DNA of 63,411 nucleotides, counting the filler, from Reticulomyxa filosa (lineage: Eukaryota > Protista > Foraminifera): NCBI GenBank assembly GCA_000512085.1. It is 13 parts of 13 records of this genome, joined end to end, with 100 filler letters (N's around TTAATTAATTAA, not from the genome) between each part and the next. Parts side by side here need not be neighbours in the genome. Positions count along the whole stretch, not along the records: positions 1 to 23,000 come from ASPP01007725.1; 12 more parts are not named here. One strand, written 5' to 3'. The position numbers were made by a program, and so were the translations under genes. A model generated the notes under the pieces. It searched no databases, had not been told where the DNA came from, and saw nothing but the letters and a program-made list of their open reading frames with translations. This document shows positions 1-13,100 of the stretch, piece after piece. Every line of letters starts with the position of its first letter. The first letter of the stretch is position 1.

Positions 1-37
<37 letters not shown>

Positions 38-64
38 AAATTTTTTTAGTTTTTTTTTTTTGCA

Positions 65-355
65 GTGGCTGAACATTGGGTCGACGACAAAGATTTTATC
101 AATTGTCCTAAATGCAACAAAGTATTCAGTGTCATCGAAAGAAAACATCATTGCAGAAAATGTGGACAAATCTTTTGCAATGCTTGTTCTTCCAACAAAG
201 CCGTATTACCACAAATGGGATTCGGCGAACCTGTGCGAGTGTGCAATTTTTGCTGGGAAAAACTTCAAACGCAAGACACATCGGACGAGTCTTTGCCTAG
301 CTCGCTTGTACTTAACAGTGCTAATACTGTGGATACCATAGAAGAATTTTCGTAA
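65..355 (+). CDS. FYVE zinc-finger protein, C-terminal exon (5' part missing)
   Basis: WVDD (WxxD), RKHHCRKCG and RVC motifs with 8 Cys; preceded by a T-rich acceptor ...tttttgcag; contig starts in poly-A. Confidence 0.9.
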   Translation: MAEHWVDDKDFINCPKCNKVFSVIERKHHCRKCGQIFCNACSSNKAVLPQMGFGEPVRVCNFCWEKLQTQDTSDESLPSSLVLNSANTVDTIEEFS

Positions 356-819
356 CTTTTTCCTTACTTCATTAAATTGCTCATTCAAGATGGTGTTGTA
401 ACTGGATGGAGTGTGTTTTGTCTAATTTCCTCCTTGGTTTTTTGTTTCATTTTTAGTTTGACGGTTTGGAAAAAAAACAAAGTGAGAGCATAGTGTTTTG
501 AACGGTTATTGTGATGCTGAAATTTACTCCGTCCAAAAACATAGTATTGGAAGTAATTTCCCATCGCACTTTCATACCATCACTACATTTGCTTTTTTTC
601 TTGCAAAAGTGTTTATCCATATTAACTATGCCAGAAAATTCTTTCAAAGAAATTTATTGCAAATTTGTTGCTGTTGAAGGATATGATCAATTTGTGTTTT
701 GTTCTAAGCAAAGTAGGCTGTTGCCATTCTTCTTTTATTTTTGTTAAATCGAGTAGTCGTTGGATTTAAGGTGAGCTTGTTGAAGGGCTGGTTAAAAAAA
801 AGACAGAAACTGTTTTATC

Positions 820-2860
820 ATGTCTATGCTCAAAAAAAGCTTTGATGACACCCGGCAAGAATTCCGGTTTTACTTGCGCCAGAAGTCGACGTATATTTCC
901 AAGATTTGGTCAAAGTACTGGCTGTCTCCTTTAGACCAAATAACATTAAAATACGGGGCGTTTGATCGGGTAGACCATTTTGACCCGGCTCCAGATGAAC
1001 GTGTGGAGTGCTTTAAAAAATTTTCGAACAGCATATATTATAGTGGACTTGGGAAACATTTTCAAATGGCAAGGTATTTATGCGATACGATAGTGACGTA
1101 TCTGGATGATTCCTCCATGATTGAAGCATACGTGTTTAATGCAATAGACAAACAAAAAAAGCACTATCTTCGTGAAAGCAACAGTCAAAAAAAAGGGATT
1201 GTCCGGAGCATCACCTCATTCCAACCGTCTTCAACTACGGTGAACATTTGTTATTGGGATATGCAATGTACCTGCATTTCGGGGATAGCAGCAGGCCCTA
1301 CTGGACGGTAGGTGTTTACAATAATTCCACAATTACGTTGTCTAGCCAATTGCACGCAAATGCGATCGATAGCGAAGTATTACCGGAGACCATGTTCAAT
1401 CGTGTTCGGGGTATATTGTTATTATTGTGTGTGATCCATTATACGTATATTCTGGTGCACTATTTCTACGCGCACAAATGCCAATTCAATGTGTTTTCAT
1501 CCCTTATTCGAAGGATAAGCCGTCAGAATAAAAGTAACAGTCGTGATATCGACTATGCCAAAGCAAAACATCCCAGTACTTATCATTATCAGCAACAAAG
1601 ACAGCTAGCACGAGTCACTGATAAGATCACGAAACATACGTGTATCATATACCTTCCATTGTTCAATTACGCTCAAATTCGGAGGATCTATTTGCCTTGT
1701 TTGCGTGAAAATCGTTCACATGGCTACACCAGAGCTACTGCAATCCGAAGACGTCAATATTCTGATCAAGAATTTTATCCTGACGTGTTCGTTGTTTTTA
1801 TCATTTTCAAGTTCCTATTTTGGAATATTGGTTAATTTTTTTTTTTTTAAGTATGTGTGCGTATTTGTTTCTCAAATTTGGTTTTTTTTTTTCAGTCATC
1901 TACGATGCAAGGATGTCATTAATTGCAAATGTTATTGGATTGAGCACAATGCTGATTTGCAAATATCACTTCACAATGATCACACATTTGTATTCGTCTA
2001 TTATATATGATACTTGCACGCCAAGTACGCTTTATTGCCTTGGAATCTATCTCTTTGCTCGTGTAATACCGTTATTTGCATTATTACAAAAATTCGATAT
2101 GTGGATGGAAGACCAGTCCTTTATTCGAAGTTTCCAGTTGCTGATGGGTGTTATCTTGTTCATATTTTGGTATCCTTGCAAAGAAAACGTTTGGCTCTTT
2201 ATCACATTTTTTATTGCATTTCCATTACTCCCAAAGTTGTGGATATTCCAAATCTTACTGGTTTGTGTTTGTATACGTACGGCAAATTTTCTCATGGAAA
2301 ATGTTTCTCTGATTAATCGGATATTGTATCCCTATGGATATTTGAGTAATCAATCGTCTGGGGGGTCTTCCTGTCTCTCCTCATCTCCCACTATTACTTC
2401 TTCACCTTCATCATTCCAGCGTGAGGAAGTGGAGCAATGCACAGCAAGTGCAGATATGATGTTTAAAAAATGGTGTGACACTTGTTGTACTTCAAAAAAT
2501 AGTTTTACTGATGGCTTGGATGACATCTTGGAAGGACCCGAAATAAACAATTTGGAACATTGGTTATTTGACAATCTTAAAATTGGAATGTATGACTGTA
2601 ATCCAACATTGTTTGAACAATATTTGAAAGAAACTAAAAAGTACTTGGTTGTAGTTAAAAGAATCAAGAAAATACTCTTTCAAGAGAAGTCGACGGATAC
2701 TGTCAACAAACGCAAGACCAAAATACCTCAGGCCAACAACACTCCCAATCGTCGTTGGCAAAAACAGATCCAATCTACGTCCTCTTTCCAAACAAAATAT
2801 TCTTTTTCTCCAAAACATTGGATATCGCAGGTCCATAACTCTGCAAAATTTCACCGCTAA
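820..2860 (+). CDS. Multi-pass membrane protein of unknown function (1 intron, 1 frameshift)
   Basis: ORFs 820-1311, 1248-1835 and 1820-2860 join via a frameshift at the A8 run (~1187-1194) and a GT..AG intron 1831-1895 that fuses ...FWNI to VIYDAR... in frame; several hydrophobic segments. Confidence 0.6.
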
Positions 2861-3206
2861 ACAGTACAGAATTTTTGGTGGATCCAAAGGAAATGATATT
2901 TTTTTCTTTTGATTGTTTTTTTTCACCTGTCCCAACAAAAACATTAGCCTCCAATCAATAATATCTTTTTTTACGTAGTTTTTATTGCACTTGTTCGAGC
3001 TTAGTTTTATGGTGTCTTTGCCACCTTAGGTTTTTTTTTCAAGTTGGGAATTATGTGTAAGCAATTTGCTTAATTATCTGTAACAATTTTAAGAAATTAA
3101 AATAAGGAACTATTTATTTGCTATCGGAATTAGTTGATGAGAGAGCGTAAGGTTTGCTGTTCTGACTTTCGTTTGGAAAAAAACTTTGTCAAAGGGAAGT
3201 TCGAAT

Positions 3207-3776
3207 ATGTCTAAACATTCAAAAACAGAATATTCATTGCCTGATTATTACCACTATCCTCCTTTATTTACTATCCAGAAGGTGGCCAAGACACGAGAAT
3301 CACAACTGCAAGTGTGGACAGACTTAATTATTAACTTTTTGGAGCACAACCACAAAACAAGTATTTATGTCGAGAAGGAAATAAACTCTCCGCCATTTTG
3401 TAATTCAAAACTTAACCGCAAGCTGAAATTGAGTGATATGCGGTTGATATTGGATCATATGCAAAAAAATGGATATGGTAACTGGGATGACGATGAAAAA
3501 ACCGTATTTAGCTGCAGTTGGAAGAAATTGGAAACCTGGGCTACTAGTATTTACCAGTGGGCAACCAAAGAAGGCCAAATTGGTAAGATCTTGACATTGT
3601 ATGATTTGCATAGTGGTGATGCTGCATCACATACAGATTTTCATGGAATTGATGCCAAGTTGCTTCTGAAAGTTTTAGATGTTTTGGAAGGGCAAGGCAA
3701 AGCTCGAGTATATAAAGATGGGGATGTTGTTGATGAATATGGTGTGAGATTTTTTGACGGAACAAGCAAACAATGA
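3207..3776 (+). CDS. VPS25: ESCRT-II subunit VPS25 (intronless)
   Basis: YHYPPLFTIQ, QLQVWTDLI, PFCNSKLNRKL, WATSIYQWA, TLYDL, LEGQGKA, GVRFF match the VPS25 double winged-helix pattern; ATG at 3207. Confidence 0.92.
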   Translation: MSKHSKTEYSLPDYYHYPPLFTIQKVAKTRESQLQVWTDLIINFLEHNHKTSIYVEKEINSPPFCNSKLNRKLKLSDMRLILDHMQKNGYGNWDDDEKTVFSCSWKKLETWATSIYQWATKEGQIGKILTLYDLHSGDAASHTDFHGIDAKLLLKVLDVLEGQGKARVYKDGDVVDEYGVRFFDGTSKQ

Positions 3777-4133
3777 ACAAATTGTATTTATTTCCCTGCT
3801 CCGTTTTCAGTTTTTGAAAAAGCAAAATCTGTAAATATACAAATTTTCCTCGAGATTATTTTACACAAATTTTGTCGTTCTCCCTGACTTCTTTCTTACT
3901 TTATCATTTTTTAAAAGACCAAATGAAGATGTTATTTTCAAAGAAAGTCAACTTTGTAAATATATTACAAGTTTCCTTCAACACCTGCTATTAGCTCTTT
4001 TAAGAAAAAAATGTTTAAACTTTATTAGTTTAGATAAGTTTTTCAGCCATTTTTTGAAATAATATTGTTGTACTATGAATCTAATGATTGAAATAAATAA
4101 ATCCCTACAACCAACAACTAGAACAAAAAAATG

Positions 4134-7100
4134 TTAATCAACAAAATCCATAACTATGACAACCCCTGCAAGAATCCACTTGTCTGGAGATTCTTTTGTT
4201 CTGAGGGGTGCTGTGAAAACGTATGTGGGCCCTCGTTGCTGTGTCTGATAAACAGGGCATCTGTAAATACCTTTTTTCTCCATTTTACTTGCTAAAATAG
4301 TCTTGCAGTTCACTACAGGCAATGTGCAAAACATTTCTCCTGGCTCTGCTTCGTCCAGAGAACCTGAACTAACGTTCCATCCAGCGCCTTCAAGATTCAG
4401 TCCGCAAATGTAGGCCCCTTCACGAGCAGGTTCATTTATATCTTCCACTGTTTTTCTTGTTACCTCTGTGACAATCGCCAACTTGTCCAATTCCAAGTTA
4501 TTTCTTCGAGCAGTTGTTTGCATCACGGCCGTTAAAAATGACTGAGGATTGAATAAATAAGAGACGTTAACAACCGCTGGGATACTTGTCTATGATAATA
4601 AACCAAACAAAAAGGCTCATTTGACAAGGCCAAACATAGCGCTACTCTGCAAGACCAACAAAGTACAAAAAAAATGGCAAGTGCATGTCTTTAACTGGAT
4701 TATCAACCCATGACTGCAACTGGCTAGCTCTTAATATTAAATTTTCAATCCAAGAGGGCAAAGATCGTAATGACGGAAATGCCAAACTTCCCCATTCTGT
4801 TGGCACCCGTTCAAAATACAACGCATCTTGCAATTGTTCCATACGTTCACTCATTGTTAATTCTCCGTGTAATCCTTTGTCTAATTCTCTCAGAGATCGA
4901 TTCATTTCGCTGACTAATTTGTTCATACGCTCACATTCTTGCAAAAATACATACTGATAGGGACCCCGATCTTCAATTGCCAGAGCTGCCAATATTTCGT
5001 CTAGATCAAAATTGATTTCTCCAATCTTTTCTAATATTTCCTCTAAAACTGTAGCAGCCCTTTGAGTTGGATTAGAGCCACTTGTGTTAGTGCCTCCATC
5101 TTTTGGTTGTAAATCCACAATGTTAGCAAACAATTTGTTGCATTGATCTGTACGTACTGCAATTTCTGTGTTGGGATGAAGTCCTAAAACCACTGGAGAC
5201 TCCGGTGGTAAATACTCGTCTACGTACTGAAAATATTCGTCATAACTTCGATCCGAGGGTGCAAGGAAGTGAATCTGATTTTCAGTCCCTTCTTTAATGA
5301 AAGGTATCAAGTCTTGATCATCGAACAACTCCTCGCGCATGTAAAAGCGCAAGTATGTCATGCACAAAAGTCTATATAATTTATGTTCAAAAAGAAATTA
5401 AAAATTCAAGAAAAACACTACAAAATACAAAAAAACAAAAATATCAAACAACTGATAGCACTAACCTATCCCAATCATCAGTGATATGCCCGCCATACAT
5501 AATTTCTCCAAATATGTACTGCAAGTCTGCCCATGGAATACGATTTGATCCGTTCTCTAATTTGTTTACCAGCACAGTTCCACTGTTGACCAAATCACCC
5601 GTATTAAATGGGTATACAGCATTCCATCCTTTGGGACCAAATTTTTTGCGTTCGATAACCACTGCGTGAAACCAGCACAAAGCAAATTGAATCATTTTCA
5701 CTTGCGCTTCTCGAAAATCAAATTCTTCTTTTGGAAATGAAGCAAAAGCTCGTTTCAAATTCGCCTTCATTCCCTGCAAAGCAAGGAAGGTAAACAAAAA
5801 TAAAAAAAGGATTATAAAAGTAGCGAGCTATCATGTATAAGGCAAACCTGTGGAGGTTCATTGGTTAATTTGATACTTCTTTCCAAAATTCCAATTGGAA
5901 TGTTATTGTTTGGTTCAGCTGATAAAAAAATCGAAACTCTTTATGAGAAGTTTGCTCAAGTTCATCCAATGTTTTTTGTAGCTCTTTGCACCATCGTGGC
6001 ATCAGATGAATGTTTTCTAACACAATCCAATGACCTTCTTCACTTGCGATCTTTAGTTTTTTCATAGCAATGATATCTTGTCCTTGTCCCATTGCCACTC
6101 GATGATATTTTCCACCTTCAACAAACCTTTTTTACTTGCTACTTGATATACTGTTTGAACTGGGTCAGCTCCAGGAGACAAAATGAAAAAAATGGGTGTC
6201 TTGTTGTCAGCATCATCCATACTTAGCAACAATACTTCTTGAAATGATTTCCCGGCATCCAGTTCAGTATAGCTGCGACCATTTGGCAACATTTCTCGCA
6301 CAAACTGTTCCATGGCAGAAGTCATACGGTCTGGCCTCATGCATCGCACAATGCACAATTTAGCTACGGGATCATTTTCATCCAATTTTCTCCAGTCCAA
6401 CGGCAGTGGTGATGCTTCTGGCTGTGGTTTCAAAAACCATTCTTTGAAGCGGTTAGCTGAAGCTACTAAATCCTTCACAAAACGCTCCAGACCTTCCAGG
6501 TCCGATAATTTGCACAATCCATTCCATGCTGCGTCTGATAGCCAAGGGATTGCGTTGGGTGTTTCATATTTTCTTTGACCAAAAATTAAAAACTGAAAAT
6601 GACCATCATTCATTGGCCGCCCAAGAATACCTTATTATAATATATGTATGCATTTTTTTTGGGCAAAGATGGTAACATATTGTGAAATTATAGAAACACT
6701 TACCTTTTTGCATAAGCTTAAAAACCAACTGGCTACTGAATATGAGCTTATGCTGCTCAAATAACCCCCTGGAAACCCAGGTGAACACAACTACACGAAT
6801 TTCATTTCGTAACGTTTTAACTCTTTGTTGGACATCATCTGACTTTTCTGCTTTACGCATAGCCTTGTAAAAAAACGTGATGAAGGCATCCAGTGAATAC
6901 TGATACATGTGATCAATGGTATTCATCTGAATTAACAAAAAATATAGCCACGAGGCTTCCTCAGCTACTGGACGATATTGATTTCTTGCAACATTAATTT
7001 CAATTTCTTTTTGTTTTGCTTGTGCTACTTTCTCTACAATCTCTTTAGATGCTTTTTTTGTCATCTCTAGTCCTTCAATCAATGATACATCACTCAAGTA

Positions 7101-10100
7101 TCATCAGGAGCGTTGGACAACTTGTACAACAACTCGTTTTCTAGATCATTTAATTTTACCATATATTCATTTATACTTCGCATTAATGACCGTTTGGTTT
7201 CTTCTAAATCCGGTTTTTCATCATTCACTACCAACGCCAACAATTGCTCTTCCAATCCTTGTTCAGTTACAATAAAATTGATCAATGTGCACTGTGCAAA
7301 AATTTCTGGCTTGTAGTGAGGATTTGCAAGTTTTGTTTGCAAATATAATCGAAATTTTGGATCATAATCTTTTTCTTCTCCAGCAATGCGTATTCGAGTG
7401 TTGCTATTTTTTTTTGTGACCACAAATAAATTTGTGAATATTGGTTAAGTTCAGTTTGTAATAAAAGCCCTTTTTTTCCTCTCAACAAACCGTCCTTTGC
7501 GAATGATGGCCCTGGACAATACAGGGTCTAATGTGGGGTCAATATTTTCAGAAACATTTTCAAGGAGTACTGTGTGTCCTTGTTCAACGGCTCTGACAAT
7601 GACGGACAACCATCGAGGATGATTTAAATTGACCACTTTCAAGTCTTGCTCGCGGCTACGTATCCACTTGACGCCTTGTTGCTGTGGATCAATCAAAAGT
7701 GGCCAGCGACTGCACAACGTGACAATCGCAGCATTTTCTATCGATATACTGTCAACGGGGAGTCCTTCGTTGGCCCATGTTGCTTGTTGTGGTGATGTGG
7801 CCAAAACGTCCTTTGGCAATAATTCTTTTGAAACAATGGATTGGGAAAGAGGAATTTGTCTTTCAACCAAATCTTTTAACCAGCAATTTTCCCACAAATG
7901 TTTTCGAAATTTCTGATTAAAGGCGCCAATGTATGATACAAAAGCTGCGGATAAAAGGACATCACCCACTAAGGTATGTTGTTTATTTTGCAATGTGCTA
8001 ACTCCTACCCCCCAACGTTGATTTTCATCTGCCAAGCCATTGACCAATCTTTCTGCCAAGGCCAATCTTGCTTGGCAAGCCTCGGCGTCTGCCTCGACTC
8101 GATTTTTTTCGTCAATTGCCTGCTGTAATTCATCTGTCACTTTCTTTAATTCGGCTTCTTTTGCGGCCACTTGCTCTCGCACTTTTTGCAAGACCGCCAT
8201 AGCTTCTGCGTGCTGTGAACTGGCCTCGTTGGAAGCTGCTATTTTTGGTGCTACGTTTTTGTAGATCTCGTTGTATTGCACTGTTGCAACTATCCATGTC
8301 GCTAAATTTGCTGCTGCTTGTGATATTTTAGTCATTGATTCTGCATTAAAATAGTCCAATGCAAGTATCTACACATTTATCGTAACGTAATCAACAACAA
8401 AACAAATGAGTACGGCCAGTCCTATTGGTTCACTCCTTTTTTATAAAAAAAAGGTTAATTAACAGGTTGACACAATTTCAAAATTTCTTCGTCTATTTCG
8501 TTTGCATTGAAGTTTTCCAGCTCCCTTTTAAATTGATCTACATTTTTCATCATCGCTTGTGCTCTTTTCCATGTGTGGTCCTTTTTTTCGTGCTCCTTTA
8601 GTATCAACACTGCTTTGGTCACACTCAATATTTTGGGATCTGGAGTCTTCAGTGCTTTCAACTCGGTCAAACTCGCTTTAGTCAAGCAGTCCACAGCCTT
8701 CTTAGCACTTTCCAATGCTGGCATTGCTTTCTTCAATGCAATGTCGCATTCTGCTTTGATACTACAAACGAATGAATTTTTTAAAATTATTTCTTTGAAA
8801 TAGAGATTTGCATATAATATTTTTTTGGTGCAATACTAACTTATTTGCTTTTTCCAAAACTACAGATGCCTTTTGTTCTTCATGTTCTGCCACTTTTTTC
8901 TCGTCATCAACTTTAAGTTTTTCTTTTCCACATCTCTCAATCAATGCATTGGCTGTTTTCTTTTTTTCTTCGACAATTTTCAGCTTTCTATGAAACGAAT
9001 TAACAAAAAAAAAAATTCGTGAGAAGAAAAGAGCAAGAAAAATTGGCACTCAACTCTCTTAAATCATCTTGTAAACTTGCAACATCTTTGGCAGTTTTTT
9101 GTAAGGTGGCAATACCTTTATCCAGCCTTTGGATTTGTTGATACAATTTATCAGATTCTTTTTTAAATAATGCTTTATAAAAGTCAATCAATTCTAAAAA
9201 GGACTTGGGTGTTGTGTAGTTGTATCTTTTTTCGACTTGAAAATATTGCGTGGAAGCATTATTCACTGACAAGTGCACTTCTGCCATATGATGAGCAATA
9301 TTCGAGCGCAATTGTTGTGTCATTATTTCTTGAAGAGCTAAGCAAAAACCCCGTAATACATAGCATAAAGATATGAATTGAAAAATTATTTTTTTTTGTG
9401 TCAGTGAGACGTTTGATTAGTTTGAAGATGGACCAGAAACAAAACAACAAATAACCTTCAGAGTCTAAAAATCTTTCTGCCACACTGCACAGTGCATCTT
9501 TTGGCCAAGAGAAAAACCAATCCATCACAGTGCAATTAATCAAAGCAGGAAACTTTCGACAGCGCACTCGGAAAGCTTCTCCAACTGGAGACATACATAA
9601 AACCATATGTAAATTTTGCTGTACACGACTGATGAAATAGTCGTGCATTTGGCTACGATTGTCTTGTTGGACACCTGCTTGCTTGGCTTCATTGCGCAGT
9701 GATGTATAAATCGAGTCTTTTTCTTCTTCAGCAAACAATTGTGGGATGTCTCCACTACTTAATAAGTCGTTAATATATACTAACCACTTTTCGTCCATGA
9801 TCTGCGAGTCTGTTAGCAAGAATGTCACTCCTTGTCCTTTCACGCCGGCTTTCATATACAACGAACGAACATTCTCCAAAAGATCATTCACTCCGTACGT
9901 TCGAGTCAATTGAATTTGAAATACTTCATAGCTGCAGATCCACGACGCCAGACGGGTAAGTGACTGTTTTCCACTCCCACCAACACCCACCAACAGCGCA
10001 TTTCCTCCTGATTGCGAAATTATACGTGCGATACGTACTACGTGGTTCATCGCCATTTCAAAGAGCACTAATCCCATTTGGGGATTGTTCTCATTGTAAT

Positions 10101-13100
10101 CAGTTAGATATGCTTCCAGTGTTTTGTTCAGCTTTTCATATGTCGGACACTGTAAAAGTACAGATCACATTACAACAATAACAAAATGTGTATCGATACC
10201 TTTTTTTTTGCCCTTCGAAGAAAATGAATATTATATACGCATATAAAATCAAAACTGGAATATAAGCACCATCTTCGGAAGCTTTGTTTTCATCTTTTAC
10301 AAATGGTGTAAATATCAATGGCTGCATTTGCACCTTGGCTTGATCCATATCACTGAAATGTTTCTTGCTCAGTTCCGATATTGTGCTTTCAAAGGACTCA
10401 ACGTCTGCTTGGTCTATCAGTCGGTCAGCAAACACACGTGTGCATTCGTGGTACCACAATCGAACGAAATCAATTCCCGTCAATGTATCTGGCTTGGATG
10501 TTACCAGTCCTTGGAATACATTGCTGATATCGCGAAGATTAAATTGATAATGAAACTTGGTTGATGACGGTCGAAATTTTGAGGAACGGCTGATAGTTTC
10601 TAACAAATCAATTGTAGCATTGGTTATGCTTTGAGATAACTTTTGAATATCTTGATCAAATACGACTAAATGACCATCCAATATCGACCTTTTTTTTTTT
10701 ATGAAAAAGTGCATTTATAAGATCTACAAAAAAATAATAATAGACTCAACTTGTAAATGCTAATTAATTGTTCTTTGCCAGGTGTGTTCATTGCAAACAC
10801 AGCAAAATGTCCCATTACTTGAGTGTTAACTGTAAACGAACCCGCTTTGTGATTCATGGCAGCAATGTATTGCGTGTCTCGAATAAATTTCTTCTTGCGA
10901 TTGGGGTCACTTTCGTCCGTATCATACCACAAGCTATAGTCCATGTGTTGTCGGATCAACGCGATAGGTGACTGCGTACCGTAATTGTCGACATAAGGCA
11001 TATTCAAATCATCCACAAAATAAATTAATTTCTTTCCTCCTGGAGGGCCATAGTTACGGCCACTGCGCTTATCGAGGTGTTGCTGCATCACACATCGCAA
11101 AGATGTCGCATCAGTATAACTGTTCAAATTGATGCGCGTGGATATAAAATCCTCTGGTAAGTTTCGAAGATACCCTCTCACAATCACTGTTTTACCAGTT
11201 CCACTAGTGCCCACGTACAAAGCTGGTCGTTGCATTTTTATCAACAAGTTCAAGTAATGTAGAGTACGGACAGTATCAACAGTTTCCACCATGATACTAT
11301 TCAATAACAATCGTCCAGGTGAGGCCTGATATGGCGTTACTCTGGTCTCCCAACGTACGATATCATTTTTGGTTTCATCAAAATAATAGTCAAAAATTGT
11401 GTTTGTTCCTTGCACATCCTGATCAGCTGGATATTGGATTGCCTGTAGTTCCAATGTTTCGGCAATGAAATCACAATTTAAAAAAAAATTAGAAAAAGAA
11501 TACCTGAAAGTTGTGTTTCCACCAATTTGAAAACTCTAATTTGAAGTTGTTGGTTTCATCAACCAAAAGACAACCACCAAATGCCCAAATTGCCGCATAT
11601 ATGAAATGCTTTTCGTAGATGCTTGCCTCATTTGCATTCCCTGATTTGTTGATTTCAGCTCGAATGGAAGGTAGAACCCCTTCCAATAAGAAGCAGAGCG
11701 TTTGGAGTTTTTGAATATCCGACACTGGCACAATAGTCATGAAATTTTTGCGAATATGATCCAATACCTCACTGGTGATATACTTGTTGAATAAGGACCG
11801 CAAATTTGATCTTTAGGATTGTCAATATCCAGGATTGAAACAAACAAAATAGAGACAAATGAGTAATTAAAACAAAACAAAAAAAGCACTCCCCCTTCCA
11901 ATGGAAAGAATGAATACCTTTCAGAATCCTCTTCTCTGTGGTCAAGCCAAGAGTCGGTCATAGGCTTCCAACCAATGTCATTTGGATTAAGATATAAAAT
12001 ACCAGCTCGTGAAACTGTTGCTGGTGTAGCATTTTTTAAATGGCTTACCTCAAATAGTAATCTCATTGCCGCAGTCAATGGGATACGTTCATTGCTCACT
12101 AAAGTAAGTACCTTATTATCGTCCATGACTGTGTTTAATGACTCAATCCATTCGGGGTCAATATCTCCATCCAACACAAGCCATTTGTAGACTTGTGATT
12201 GCGTATATCCGTTTTCGCATCTACTCATGTTACGCATGACTGTTGATAAAATTCCATCGTACCAATCTAAAAATATATAATATTTTTTGTGTGTCCTCAG
12301 TCAATATCAAATTTCTTTCAAATTTTTATTTATTTATTAAAAGTGTATATCCTACCTCCGGTAGATGCCGACAACCATCCATACAATTCGTCATTTTTGA
12401 CTGCTTTTGGATTTATTGTTTCATATACTGTTTTTTTCCCAAGCTCGTTGTACGCTTTTGCCAACACTTTCCACACTTCCGATTTGCCACTACCGGCATT
12501 GCCAATTACAAATACCGAATGTCTTACATCAAACAATTCTGCCAATTCCGTCACTTTTCGCACAAACATGTCCTCTGCTTGCAAACCGCTTTGTTTGGTG
12601 ACTTTTACAATTGCCTCGTTCAAGTCTTGAGATACTTTTCGATTGATTTCAAGCCCTCGGAACAAATCATCAATCAATCGTAAAAAAATTCGCTGATCCT
12701 GAAAAACAATTTTTGGCAGATTAAAATCTCGCAATGCTCGCATTAAAATTCTTGCCTCGTCCACTTGTGGCTCGGCACGTTTCAGTCCTCCTGCAACTCG
12801 CAAGACTGCTTTGGTAGCTCGCAAACCCCAATCATAATGTTTTTGTTGTGACAGCAGTTCTCTTGACAATCCATACAATGTGATGAATTTATGTGCCAAA
12901 GGTTTTGCATTTAGAAAACCTTCACTCATCAACATGTTCTCACAAATTAATTCCATATCCGGAACGACCATTGCACAAGAGCGGAACAATGCCTTCAAGT
13001 TTTCCGGCAATTCTGTACGCCCAGCATACCCTGGGTTCATTGTTATGAATACACCGACAGTGTCCACTAACTTGATCTAAAGTTTTTTTGTTATGTTTAT

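Noticed and set aside
1705-2010. Separate 101-aa ORF
   Set aside because: Out-of-frame overlap; intron 1831-1895 joins the 1248 and 1820 ORFs directly
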